This document shows, piece after piece, positions 38,101 to 51,080 of a DNA stretch of 64,000 bases (its first letter is position 1; every line of letters begins with the position of its first letter). Made by a program: the position numbers and the translations under genes. The notes under the pieces were generated by a model. It saw only the letters and a program-made list of their open reading frames with translations, made no database searches and had not been told where the DNA came from. This DNA comes from Eledone cirrhosa (Eukaryota), in NCBI GenBank assembly GCA_964016885.1, contig OZ024744.1:3782001-3846000 (forward strand), written 5' to 3'.

Positions 38101-41100
38101 GGGAAGACAAGGTAGAGAAAGATAGCTTGGTGAAGAACGAAGTTCTGAGGGAAGACAAGGTAGAGAAAGATAGCTTGGTGAAGAACGAAGTTTTGGGAGA
38201 AGACAAGGTAGAGAAAGATATCTTGGTGAAGAACGAAGTTTTGACGGAAGACAAGGTAGAGAAAGATAGCTTGGTGAAGAATGACGTTTTGTGGGAAGAC
38301 AAGGTAGAGAAAGATAGCTTGGTGAAGAACGAAGTTTTGTGTGAAGACAAGGTAGAGAAAGATAGCTTGGTGAAGAACGAAGTTTTGGGGGAAGACAAGG
38401 CAGAGAAAGATAGATTGGTGAAGAACGAAGTTTTGAGGGATGACAAGGTAGAGAAAGATGACTTGGTGAAGAAAGAAGTTTTGGGGGAAGACAAGGTAGA
38501 GAAAGATAGCTTGCGAAGAACGAAGTTTTGGGGGAAGACAAGGTAGAGAAAGATAGCTTGGTGAAGAACGAAGTTTTGGGGGAAGACAAGGTAGAGAAAG
38601 ATAGCTTGGTGAAGAACGACGTTTTGAGGGAAGACAAGTTAGAGAAAGATAGCTTGGTGAAGAATGACGTTTTGTGGGAAGACAAGGTAGAGAAAGATAG
38701 CTTGGTGAAGAACGAAGTTTTGTGTGAAGACAAGCTAGAGAAAGATAGCTTGGTGAAGAACGAAGTTTTGGGGGAAGACAAGGTAGAGAAAGATAGATTG
38801 GTGAAGAACAAAGTGTTGATGGATGACAAGGTAGAGAAAGATGACTTGGTGAAGAACGAAGTTTTGGGGGAAGACAAGGTAGAGAAAGATAGCTTGGTGA
38901 AGAACGAAGTTTTGAGGGAAGACAAGGTAGAGAAAGATAGCTTGGTGAATAACGAAGTTTTGGGAGAAGACAATGTAGAGAAAGATAGCTTGGTGAAGAA
39001 CGAAGTTTTGGGGGAAGACAAGGTAGAGAAAGATAGCTTGGTGAAGAACGAAGTTTTGAGGGAAGACAAGGTAGAGAAAGATAGCTTGGTGAAGAACGAT
39101 GTTTTGAGGGAAGACAAGGTAGAGAAAGATAGCTTGGTGAAGAACGACGTTTTGAGGGAAGACAAGGTAGAGAAAGATAGCTTGGTGAAGAACGACGTTT
39201 TGTGGGAAGGCAGGGTAGAGAAAGATAGCTTGGTGAAGAACGAAGTTTTGGGGGAAGACAAGGTAGAGAAAGATAGCTTGGTGAAGAACGAAGTTTTGGG
39301 GGAAGACAAGGTAGAGAAAGAGAGCTTGGTGAAGAACGACGTTTTGATGAAAGACAAGGTAGAGAAAGATAGCTTGGTGAAGAACGAAGTTTTGGGGAAG
39401 ACAATGTAGAGAAAGATAGCTTGGTGGAGAACGAAGTTTTGGGGGAAGACAAGGTAGAGAAAGATAGATTGGTGAAGAACGAAGTTTTGAGGGATGACAA
39501 GGTAGAGAAAGATGACTTGGTGAAGAAAGAAGTTTTGGGGGAAGACAAGGTAGAGAAAGATAGCTTGGTGAAGAACGAAGTTTTGGGGGAAGACAAGGTA
39601 GAGAAAGATAGCTTGGTGAAGAACGAAGTTTTGGGGGAAAACAAGGTAGAGAAAGATAGCTTGGTGAAGAACGAAGTTTTGAGGGAAGACAAGGTAGAGA
39701 AAGATAGCTTGGTGAATAACGAAGTTTTGGGAGAAGACAAGGTAGAGAAAGATAGCTTGGTGAAGAACGAAGTTTTGGGGGAAGACAAGGTAGAGAAAGA
39801 GAGCTTGGTGAAGAACGACGTTTTGATGAAAGACAAGGTAGAGAAAGATAGCTTGGTGAAGAACGAAGTTTTGGGGAAGACAATGTAGAGAAAGATAGCT
39901 TGGTGGAGAACGAAGTTTTGGGGGAAGACAAGGTAGAGAAAGATAGATTGGTGAAGAACGAAGTTTTGAGGGATGACAAGGTAGAGAAAGATGACTTGGT
40001 GAAGAAAGAAGTTTTGGGGGAAGACAAGGTAGAGAAAGATAGCTTGGTGAAGAACGAAGTTTTGGGGGAAGACAAGGTAGAGAAAGATAGCTTGGTGAAG
40101 AACGAAGTTTTGGGGGAAAACAAGGTAGAGAAAGATAGCTTGGTGAAGAACGAAGTTTTGAGGGAAGACAAGGTAGAGAAAGATAGCTTGGTGAATAACG
40201 AAGTTTTGGGAGAAGACAAGGTAGAGAAAGATAGCTTGGTGAAGAACGATGTTTTGAGGGAAGACAAGGTAGAGAAAGATAGCTTGGTGAAGAACGACGT
40301 TTTGAGGGAAGACAAGGTAGAGAAAGATAGCTTGGTGAAGAACGAAGTTCTGAGGGAAGACAAGGTAGAGAAAGATAGCTTGGTGAAGAACGAAGTTTTG
40401 GGAGAAAACAAGGTAGAGAAAGATATCTTGGTGAAGAACGAATTTCGACGGAAGACAAGGTAGAGAAAGATAGCTTGGTGAAGAATGACGTTTTGTGGGA
40501 AGACAAGGTAGAGAAAGATAGCTTGGTGAAGAACGAAGTTTTGTGTGAAGACAAGCTAGAGAAAGATAGCTTGGTGAAGAACGAAGTTTTGGGGGAAGAC
40601 AAGGTAGAGAAAGATAGCTTGGTGAAGAACGAAGTTTTGGGGGAAGACAAGGTAGAGAAAGATAGCTTGGTGAAGAACGAAGTTTTGAGGGAAGACAAGG
40701 TAGAGAAAGATAGCTTGGTGAATAACGAAGTTTTGGGAGAAGACAAGGTAGAGAAAGATAGCTTGGTGAAGAACGATGTTTTGAGGGAAGACAAGGTAGA
40801 GAACGATAGCTTGGTGAAGAACGACGTTTTGAGGGAAGACAAGGTAGAGAAAGATAGCTTGGTGAAGAACGAAGTTTTGGGAGAAGACAAGGTAGAGAAA
40901 GATATCTTGGTGAAGAACGAAGTTTTGACGGAAGACGAGGTAGAGAAAGATAGCTTGGTGAAGAATGACGTTTTGTGGGAAGACAAGGTAGAGAAAGATA
41001 GCTTGGTGAAGAACGAAGTTTTGTGTGAAGACAAGCTAGAGAAAGATAGCTTGGTGAAAAACGAAGTTTTGGGGGAAGACAAGGTAGAGAAAGATAGATT

Positions 41101-44100
41101 GGTGAAGAACAAAGTTTTGAGGGATGACAAGGTAGAGAAAGATGACTTGGTGAAGAACGAAGTTTTGGGGGAAGACAAGGTAGAGAAAGATAGCTTGGTG
41201 AAGAACGAAGTTTTGAGGGAAGACAAGGTAGAGAAAGATAGCTTGGTGAATAACGAAGTTTTGGGAGAAGACAAGGTAGAGAAAGATAGCTTGGTGAAGA
41301 ACGAAGTTTTGGGGGAAGACAAGGTAGAGAAAGATAGCTGGGTGAAGAACGAAGTTTTGAGGGAAGACAAGGTAGAGAAAGATAGCTTGGTGAAGAACGA
41401 CGTTTTGAGGGAAGACAAGGTAGAGAAAGATAGCTTGGTGAAGAATGACGTTTTGTGGGAAGACAAGGTAGAGAAAGATAGCTTGGTGAAGAACGAAGTT
41501 TTGTGTGAAGACAAGCTAGAGAAAGATAGCTTGGTGAAGAACGACGTTTTGGGGGAAGACAAGGTAGAGAAAGATAGATTGGTGAAGAACAAAGTTTTGA
41601 TGGATGACAAGGTAGAGAAAGATGACTTGGTGAAGAACGAAGTTTTGGGGGAAGACAAGGTAGAGAAAGATAGCTTGGTGAAGAACGAAGTTTTGAGGGA
41701 AGACAAGGTAGAGAAAGATAGCTTGGTGAATAACGAAGTTTTGGGAGAAGACAATGTAGAGAAAGATAGCTTGGTGAAGAACGAAGTTTTGGGGGAAGAC
41801 AAGGTAGAGAAAGATAGCTTGGTGAAGAACGACGTTTTGAGGGAAGACAAGGTAGAGAAAGATAGCTTGGTGAAGAACGACGTTTTGTGGGAAGACAAGG
41901 TAGAGAAAGATAGCTTGGTGAAGAACGAAGTTTTGGGGGAAGACAAGGTAGAGAAAGATAGCTTGGTGAAGAACGAAGTTTTGGGGGAAGACAAGGTAGA
42001 GAAAGAGAGCTTGGTGAAGAACGATGTTTTGAGGGAAGACAAGGTAGAGAAAGATAGCTTGGTGAAGAACGACGTTTTGAGGGAAGACAAGGTAGAGAAA
42101 GATAGCTTGGTGAAGAACGACGTTTTGTGGGAAGACAAGGTAGAGAAAGATAGCTTGGTGAAGAACGAAGTTTTGGGGGAAGACAAGGTAGAGAAAGATA
42201 GCTTGGTGAAGAACGAAGTTTTGGGGGAAGACAAGGTAGAGAAAGAGAGCTTGGTGAAGAACGACGTTTTGATGAAAGACAAGGTAGAGAAAGATAGCTT
42301 GGTGAAGAACGAAGTTTTGGGGAAGACAATGTAGAGAAAGATAGCTTGGTGAAGAACGAAGTTTTGGGGGAAGACAAGGTAGAGAAAGATAGCTTGGTGA
42401 AGAACGAAGTTCTGAGGGAAGACAAGGTAGAGAAAGATAGCTTGGTGAAGAACGAAGTTTTGGGAGAAGACAAGGTAGAGAAAGATATCTTGGTGAAGAA
42501 CGAAGTTTTGACGGAAGACAAGGTAGAGAAAGATAGCTTGGTGAAGAATGACGTTTTGTGGGAAGACAAGGTAGAGAAAGATAGCTTGGTGAAGAACGAA
42601 GTTTTGTGTGAAGACAAGGTAGAGAAAGATAGCTTGGTGAAGAACGAAGTTTTGGGGGAAGACAAGGCAGAGAAAGATAGATTGGTGAAGAACGAAGTTT
42701 TGAGGGATGACAAGGTAGAGAAAGATGACTTGGTGAAGAAAGAAGTTTTGGGGGAAGACAAGGTAGAGAAAGATAGCTTGCGAAGAACGAAGTTTTGGGG
42801 GAAGACAAGGTAGAGAAAGATAGCTTGGTGAAGAACGAAGTTTTGGGGGAAGACAAGGTAGAGAAAGATAGCTTGGTGAAGAACGACGTTTTGAGGGAAG
42901 ACAAGTTAGAGAAAGATAGCTTGGTGAAGAATGACGTTTTGTGGGAAGACAAGGTAGAGAAAGATAGCTTGGTGAAGAACGAAGTTTTGTGTGAAGACAA
43001 GCTAGAGAAAGATAGCTTGGTGAAGAACGAAGTTTTGGGGGAAGACAAGGTAGAGAAAGATAGATTGGTGAAGAACAAAGTGTTGATGGATGACAAGGTA
43101 GAGAAAGATGACTTGGTGAAGAACGAAGTTTTGGGGGAAGACAAGGTAGAGAAAGATAGCTTGGTGAAGAACGAAGTTTTGAGGGAAGACAAGGTAGAGA
43201 AAGATAGCTTGGTGAATAACGAAGTTTTGGGAGAAGACAATGTAGAGAAAGATAGCTTGGTGAAGAACGAAGTTTTGGGGGAAGACAAGGTAGAGAAAGA
43301 TAGCTTGGTGAAGAACGAAGTTTTGAGGGAAGACAAGGTAGAGAAAGATAGCTTGGTGAAGAACGATGTTTTGAGGAAAGACAAGGTAGAGAAAGATAGC
43401 TTGGTGAAGAACGACGTTTTGAGGGAAGACAAGGTAGAGAAAGATAGCTTGGTGAAGAACGACGTTTTGTGGGAAGACAAGGTAGAGAAAGATAGCTTGG
43501 TGAAGAACGAAGTTTTGGGGGAAGACAAGGTAGAGAAAGATAGCTTGGTGAAGAACGAAGTTTTGGGGGAAGACAAGGTAGAGAAAGAGAGCTTGGTGAA
43601 GAACGACGTTTTGATGAAAGACAAGGTAGAGAAAGATAGCTTGGTGAAGAACGAAGTTTTGGGGAAGACAATGTAGAGAAAGATAGCTTGGTGGAGAACG
43701 AAGTTTTGGGGGAAGACAAGGTAGAGAAAGATAGCTTGGTGAAGAACGAAGTTCTGAGGGAAGACAAGGTAGAGAAAGATAGCTTGGTGAAGAACGAAGT
43801 TTTGGGAGAAGACAAGGTAGAGAAAGATATCTTGGTGAAGAACGAAGTTTTGACGGAAGACAAGGTAGAGAAAGATAGCTTGGTGAAGAATGACGTTTTG
43901 TGGGAAGACAAGGTAGAGAAAGATAGCTTGGTGAAGAACGAAGTTTTGTGTGAAGACAAGGTAGAGAAAGATAGCTTGGTGAAGAACGAAGTTTTGGGGG
44001 AAGACAAGGCAGAGAAAGATAGATTGGTGAAGAACGAAGTTTTGAGGGATGACAAGGTAGAGAAAGATGACTTGGTGAAGAAAGAAGTTTTGGGGGAAGA

Positions 44101-47100
44101 CAAGGTAGAGAAAGATAGCTTGGTGAAGAACGAAGTTTTGGGGGAAGACAAGGTAGAGAAAGATAGCTTGGTGAAGAACGGAGTTTTGGGGGAAAACAAG
44201 GTAGAGAAAGATAGCTTGGTGAAGAACGAAGTTTTGAGGGAAGACAAGGTAGAGAAAGATAGCTTGGTGAATAACGAAGTTTTGGGAGAAGACAAGGTAG
44301 AGAAAGATAGCTTGGTGAAGAACGATGTTTTGAGGGAAGACAAGGTAGAGAAAGATAGCTTGGTGAAGAACGACGTTTTGAGGGAAGACAAGGTAGAGGA
44401 AGATAGCTTGGTGAAGAACGAAGTTCTGAGGGAAGACAAGGTAGAGAAAGATAGCTTGGTGAAGAACGAAGTTTTGGGAGAAAACAAGGTAGAGAAAGAT
44501 ATCTTGGTGAAGAACGAATTTCGACGGAAGACAAGGTAGAGAAAGATAGCTTGGTGAAGAATGACGTTTTGTGGGAAGACAAGGTAGAGAAAGATAGCTT
44601 GGTGAAGAACGAAGTTTTGTGTGAAGACAAGCTAGAGAAAGATCGCTTGGTGAAGAACGAAGTTTTGGGGGAAGACAAGGTAGAGAAAGATAGCTTGGTG
44701 AAGAACGAAGTTTTGGGGGAAGACAAGGTAGAGAAAGATAGCTTGGTGAAGAACAAAGTTTTGAGGGAAGACAAGGTAGAGAAAGATAGCTTGGTGAATA
44801 ACGAAGTTTTGGGAGAAGACAAGGTAGAGAAAGATAGCTTGGTGAAGAACGATGTTTTGAGGGAAGACAAGGTAGAGAAAGATAGCTTGGTGAAGAACGA
44901 CGTTTTGAGGGAAGACAAGGTAGAGAAAGATAGCTTGGTGAAGAACGAAGTTTTGGGAGAAGACAAGGTAGAGAAAGATATCTTGGTGAAGAACGAAGTT
45001 TTGACGGAAGACAAGGTAGAGAAAGATAGCTTGGTGAAGAATGACGTTTTGTGGGAAGACAAGGTAGAGAAAGATAGTTTGGTGAAGAACGAAGTTTTGT
45101 GTGAAGACAAGCTAGAGAAAGATAGCTTGGTGAAGAACGAAGTTTTGGGGGAAGACAAGGTAGAGAAAGATAGATTGGTGAAGAACAAAGTTTTGAGGGA
45201 TGACAAGGTAGAGAAAGATGACTTGGTGAACAACGAAGTTTTGGGGGAAGACAAGGTAGATAAAGATAGCTTGGTGAAGAACGAAGTTTTGAGGGAAGAC
45301 AAGGTAGAGAAAGATAGCTTGGTGAATAACGAAGTTTTGGGAGAAGACAAGGTAGAGAAAGATAGCTTGGTGAAGAACGAAGTTTTGGGGGAAGACAAGG
45401 TAGAGAAAGATAGCTTGGTGAAGAACGAAGTTTTGAGGGAAGACAAGGTAGAGAAAGATAGCTTGGTGAAGAACGACGTTTTGAGGGAAGACAAGGTAGA
45501 GAAAGATAGCTTGGTGAAGAACGACGTTTTGTGGGAAGACAAGGTAGAGAAAGATAGCTTGGTGAAGAACGAAGTTTTGGGGGAAGACAAGGTAGAGAAA
45601 GAGAGCTTGGTGAAGAACGACGTTTTGATGAAAGACAAGGTAGAGAAAGATAGCTTGGTGAAGAACGAAGTTTTGAGGAAGACAATGTAGAGAAAGATAG
45701 CTTGGTGAAGAACGAAGTTTTGGGGGAAGACAAGGTAGAGAAAGATAGCTTGGTGAAGAACGAAGTTCTTAGGGAAGACAAGGTAGAGAAAGATAGCTTG
45801 GTGAAGAACGAAGTTTTTGGAGAAGACAAGGTAGAGAAAGATATCTTGGTGAAGAACGAAGTTTTGACGGAAGACAAGGTAGAGAAAGATAGCTTGGTGA
45901 AGAATGACGTTTTGTGGGAAGACAAGGTAGAGAAAGATAGCTTGGTGAAGAACGAAGTTATGTGTGAAGACAAGGTAAAGAAAGATAGCTTGGTGAAGAA
46001 CGAAGTTTTGGGGGAAGACAAGGCAGAGAAAGATAGATTGGTGAAGAATGACGTTTTGTGGGAAGACAAGGTAGAGAAAGATAGCTTGGTGAAGAACGAA
46101 GTTTTGTGTGAAGACAAGGTAGAGAAAGATAGCTTGGTGAAGAACGAAGTTTTGGGGGAAGACAAGGCAGAGAAAGATAGATTGGTGAAGAACGAAGTTT
46201 TGAGGGATGACAAGGTAGAGAAAGATGACTTGGTGAAGAAAGAAGTTTTGGGGGAAGACAAGGTAGAGAAAGATAGCTTGGTGAAGAACGAAGTTTTGGG
46301 GGAAGACAAGGTAGAGAAAGATAGCTTGGTGAAGAACGGAGTTTTGGGGGAAAACAAGGTAGAGAAAGATAGCTTGGTGAAGAACGAAGTTTTGAGGGAA
46401 GACAAGGTAGAGAAAGATAGCTTGGTGAAGAACGAAGTTTTGTGTGAAGACAAGGTAGAGAAAGATAGCTTGGTGATGAACGAAGTTTTGGGGGAAGACA
46501 AGGCAGAGAAAGATAGATTGGTGAAGAACGAAGTTTTGAGGGATGACAAGGTAGAGAAAGATGACTTGGTGAAGAAAGAAGTTTTGGGGGAAGACAAGGT
46601 AGAGAAAGATAGCTTGGTGAAGAACGAAGTTTTGGGGGAAGACAAGGTAGAGAAAGATAGCTTGGTGAAGAACGGAGTTTTGGGGGAAAACAAGGTAGAG
46701 AAAGATAGCTTGGTGAAGAACGAAGTTTTGAGGGAAGACAAGGTAGAGAAAGATAGCTTGGTGAATAACGAAGTTTTGGGAGAAGACAAGGTAGAGAAAG
46801 ATAGCTTGGTGAAGAACGATGTTTTGAGGGAAGACAAGGTAGAGAAAGATAGCTTGGTGAAGAACGACGTTTTGAGGGAAGACAAGGTAGAGGAAGATAG
46901 CTTGGTGAAGAACGAAGTTCTGAGGGAAGACAAGGTAGAGAAAGATAGCTTGGTGAAGAACGAAGTTTTGGGAGAAAACAAGGTAGAGAAAGATATCTTG
47001 GTGAAGAACGAATTTCGACGGAAGACAAGGTAGAGAAAGATAGCTTGGTGAAGAATGACGTTTTGTGGGAAGACAAGGTAGAGAAAGATAGCTTGGTGAA

Positions 47101-49526
47101 GAACGAAGTTTTGTGTGAAGACAAGCTAGAGAAAGATCGCTTGGTGAAGAACGAAGTTTTGGGGGAAGACAAGGTAGAGAAAGATAGCTTGGTGAAGAAC
47201 GAAGTTTTGGGGGAAGACAAGGTAGAGAAAGATAGCTTGGTGAAGAACAAAGTTTTGAGGGAAGACAAGGTAGAGAAAGATAGCTTGGTGAATAACGAAG
47301 TTTTGGGAGAAGACAAGGTAGAGAAAGATAGCTTGGTGAAGAACGATGTTTTGAGGGAAGACAAGGTAGAGAAAGATAGCTTGGTGAAGAACGACGTTTT
47401 GAGGGAAGACAAGGTAGAGAAAGATAGCTTGGTGAAGAACGAAGTTTTGGGAGAAGACAAGGTAGAGAAAGATATCTTGGTGAAGAACGAAGTTTTGACG
47501 GAAGACAAGGTAGAGAAAGATAGCTTGGTGAAGAATGACGTTTTGTGGGAAGACAAGGTAGAGAAAGATAGTTTGGTGAAGAACGAAGTTTTGTGTGAAG
47601 ACAAGCTAGAGAAAGATAGCTTGGTGAAGAACGAAGTTTTGGGGGAAGACAAGGTAGAGAAAGATAGATTGGTGAAGAACAAAGTTTTGAGGGATGACAA
47701 GGTAGAGAAAGATGACTTGGTGAACAACGAAGTTTTGGGGAAGACAAGGTAGATAAAGATAGCTTGGTGAAGAACGAAGTTTTGAGGGAAGACAAGGTAG
47801 AGAAAGATAGCTTGGTGAATAACGAAGTTTTGGGAGAAGACAAGGTAGAGAAAGATAGCTTGGTGAAGAACGAAGTTTTGGGGGAAGACAAGGTAGAGAA
47901 AGATAGCTTGGTGAAGAACGAAGTTTTGAGGGAAGACAAGGTAGAGAAAGATAGCTTGGTGAAGAACGACGTTTTGAGGGAAGACAAGGTAGAGAAAGAT
48001 AGCTTGGTGAAGAACGACGTTTTGTGGGAAGACAAGGTAGAGAAAGATAGCTTGGTGAAGAACGAAGTTTTGGGGGAAGACAAGGTAGAGAAAGAGAGCT
48101 TGGTGAAGAACGACGTTTTGATGAAAGACAAGGTAGAGAAAGATAGCTTGGTGAAGAACGAAGTTTTGAGGAAGACAATGTAGAGAAAGATAGCTTGGTG
48201 AAGAACGAAGTTTTGGGGGAAGACAAGGTAGAGAAAGATAGCTTGGTGAAGAACGAAGTTCTTAGGGAAGACAAGGTAGAGAAAGATAGCTTGGTGAAGA
48301 ACGAAGTTTTTGGAGAAGACAAGGTAGAGAAAGATATCTTGGTGAAGAACGAAGTTTTGACGGAAGACAAGGTAGAGAAAGATAGCTTGGTGAAGAATGA
48401 CGTTTTGTGGGAAGACAAGGTAGAGAAAGATAGCTTGGTGAAGAACGAAGTTATGTGTGAAGACAAGGTAAAGAAAGATAGCTTGGTGAAGAACGAAGTT
48501 TTGGGGGAAGACAAGGCAGAGAAAGATAGATTGGTGAAGAATGACGTTTTGTGGGAAGACAAGGTAGAGAAAGATAGCTTGGTGAAGAACGAAGTTTTGT
48601 GTGAAGACAAGGTAGAGAAAGATAGCTTGGTGAAGAACGAAGTTTTGGGGGAAGACAAGGCAGAGAAAGATAGATTGGTGAAGAACGAAGTTTTGAGGGA
48701 TGACAAGGTAGAGAAAGATGACTTGGTGAAGAAAGAAGTTTTGGGGGAAGACAAGGTAGAGAAAGATAGCTTGGTGAAGAACGAAGTTTTGGGGGAAGAC
48801 AAGGTAGAGAAAGATAGCTTGGTGAAGAACGGAGTTTTGGGGGAAAACAAGGTAGAGAAAGATAGCTTGGTGAAGAACGAAGTTTTGAGGGAAGACAAGG
48901 TAGAGAAAGATAGCTTGGTGAAGAACGAAGTTTTGTGTGAAGACAAGGTAGAGAAAGATAGCTTGGTGAAGAACGAAGTTTTGGGGGAAGACAAGGCAGA
49001 GAAAGATAGATTGGTGAAGAACGAAGTTTTGAGGGATGACAAGGTAGAGAAAGATGACTTGGTGAAGAAAGAAGTTTTGGGGGAAGACAAGGTAGAGAAA
49101 GATAGCTTGGTGAAGAACGAAGTTTTGGGGGAAGACAAGGTAGAGAAAGATAGCTTGGTGAAGAACGGAGTTTTGGGGGAAAACAAGGTAGAGAAAGATA
49201 GCTTGGTGAAGAACGAAGTTTTGAGGGAAGACAAGGTAGAGAAAGATAGCTTGGTGAATAACGAAGTTTTGGGAGAAGACAAGGTAGAGAAAGATAGCTT
49301 GGTGAAGAACGATGTTTTGAGGGAAGACAAGGTAGAGAAAGATAGCTTGGTGAAGAACGACGTTTTGAGGGAAGACAAGGTAGAGGAAGATAGCTTGGTG
49401 AAGAACGAAGTTCTGAGGGAAGACAAGGTAGAGAAAGATAGCTTGGTGAAGAACGAAGTTTTGGGAGAAAACAAGGTAGAGAAAGATATCTTGGTGAAGA
49501 ACGAATTTCGACGGAAGACAAGGTAG
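27250..49526. other. 47-bp deletion monomer type C (AACGAATTTCGACGG), 9 copies confined to the central domain
   Basis: It ends the + ORFs in NEFRRKTR* at 27276, 28427, 32407, 33558, 35668, 40463, 44539, 47033 and 49526. Confidence 0.95.
39394..40230. repeat. Local tandem duplication with a 479-bp period (10 monomers - 1)
   Basis: The GTGGAGAAC (VEN) variant starts ORFs at 39421 and 39900 and is followed by the same monomer order. The G4-AAT deletion monomer occurs at both 39394 and 39873. Confidence 0.88.
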
Positions 49527-51080
49527 AGAAAGATAGCTTGGTGAAGAATGACGTTTTGTGGGAAGACAAGGTAGAGAAAGATAGCTTGGTGAAGAACGAA
49601 GTTTTGTGTGAAGACAAGCTAGAGAAAGATCGCTTGGTGAAGAACGAAGTTTTGGGGGAAGACAAGGTAGAGAAAGATAGCTTGGTGAAGAACGAAGTTT
49701 TGGGGGAAGACAAGGTAGAGAAAGATAGCTTGGTGAAGAACAAAGTTTTGAGGGAAGACAAGGTAGAGAAAGATAGCTTGGTGAATAACGAAGTTTTGGG
49801 AGAAGACAAGGTAGAGAAAGATAGCTTGGTGAAGAACGATGTTTTGAGGGAAGACAAGGTAGAGAAAGATAGCTTGGTGAAGAACGACGTTTTGAGGGAA
49901 GACAAGGTAGAGAAAGATAGCTTGGTGAAGAACGAAGTTTTGGGAGAAGACAAGGTAGAGAAAGATATCTTGGTGAAGAACGAAGTTTTGACGGAAGACA
50001 AGGTAGAGAAAGATAGCTTGGTGAAGAATGACGTTTTGTGGGAAGACAAGGTAGAGAAAGATAGTTTGGTGAAGAACGAAGTTTTGTGTGAAGACAAGCT
50101 AGAGAAAGATAGCTTGGTGAAGAACGAAGTTTTGGGGGAAGACAAGGTAGAGAAAGATAGATTGGTGAAGAACAAAGTTTTGAGGGATGACAAGGTAGAG
50201 AAAGATGACTTGGTGAACAACGAAGTTTTGGGGGAAGACAAGGTAGATAAAGATAGCTTGGTGAAGAACGAAGTTTTGAGGGAAGACAAGGTAGAGAAAG
50301 ATATCTTGGTGAATAACGAAGTTTTGGGAGAAGACAAGGTAGAGAAAGATAGCTTGGTGAAGAACGAAGTTTTGGGGGAAGACAAGGTAGAGAAAGATAG
50401 CTTGGTGAAGAACGAAGTTTTGAGGGAAGACAAGGTAGAGAAAGATAGCTTGGTGAAGAACGACGTTTTGAGGGAAGACAAGGTAGAGAAAGATAGCTTG
50501 GTGAAGAACGACGTTTTGTGGGAAGACAAGGTAGAGAAAGATAGCTTGGTGAAGAACGAAGTTTTGGGGGAAGACAAGGTAGAGAAAGAGAGCTTGGTGA
50601 AGAACGACGTTTTGATGAAAGACAAGGTAGAGAAAGATAGCTTGGTGAAGAACGAAGTTTTGAGGAAGACAATGTAGAGAAAGATAGCTTGGTGAAGAAC
50701 GAAGTTTTGGGGGAAGACAAGGTAGAGAAAGATAGCTTGGTGAAGAACGAAGTTCTTAGGGAAGACAAGGTAGAGAAAGATAGCTTGGTGAAGAACGAAG
50801 TTTTTGGAGAAGACAAGGTAGAGAAAGATATCTTGGTGAAGAACGAAGTTTTGACGGAAGACAAGGTAGAGAAAGATAGCTTGGTGAAGAATGACGTTTT
50901 GTGGGAAGACAAGGTAGAGAAAGATAGCTTGGTGAAGAACGAAGTTATGTGTGAAGACAAGGTAAAGAAAGATAGCTTGGTGAAGAACGAAGTTTTGGGG
51001 GAAGACAAGGCAGAGAAAGATAGATTGGTGAAGAACGAAGTTTTGAGGGATGACAAGGTAGAGAAAGATGACTTGGTGAA
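43870..51080. repeat. About three tandem copies of a 2,493-2,494-bp (52-monomer) unit, the most homogeneous higher-order block
   Basis: Private markers recur at about 2494-bp spacing: GATCGC at 44641/47135/49628, GTGAACAAC near 45226/47720/50213, TTGAGGAAGACAATG near 45673/48166/50660, and CTTAGG, TTTTTGGA, GTTATGTGT and GTAAAGAAA in the ORFs at 45702/48195/50689. Confidence 0.92.
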
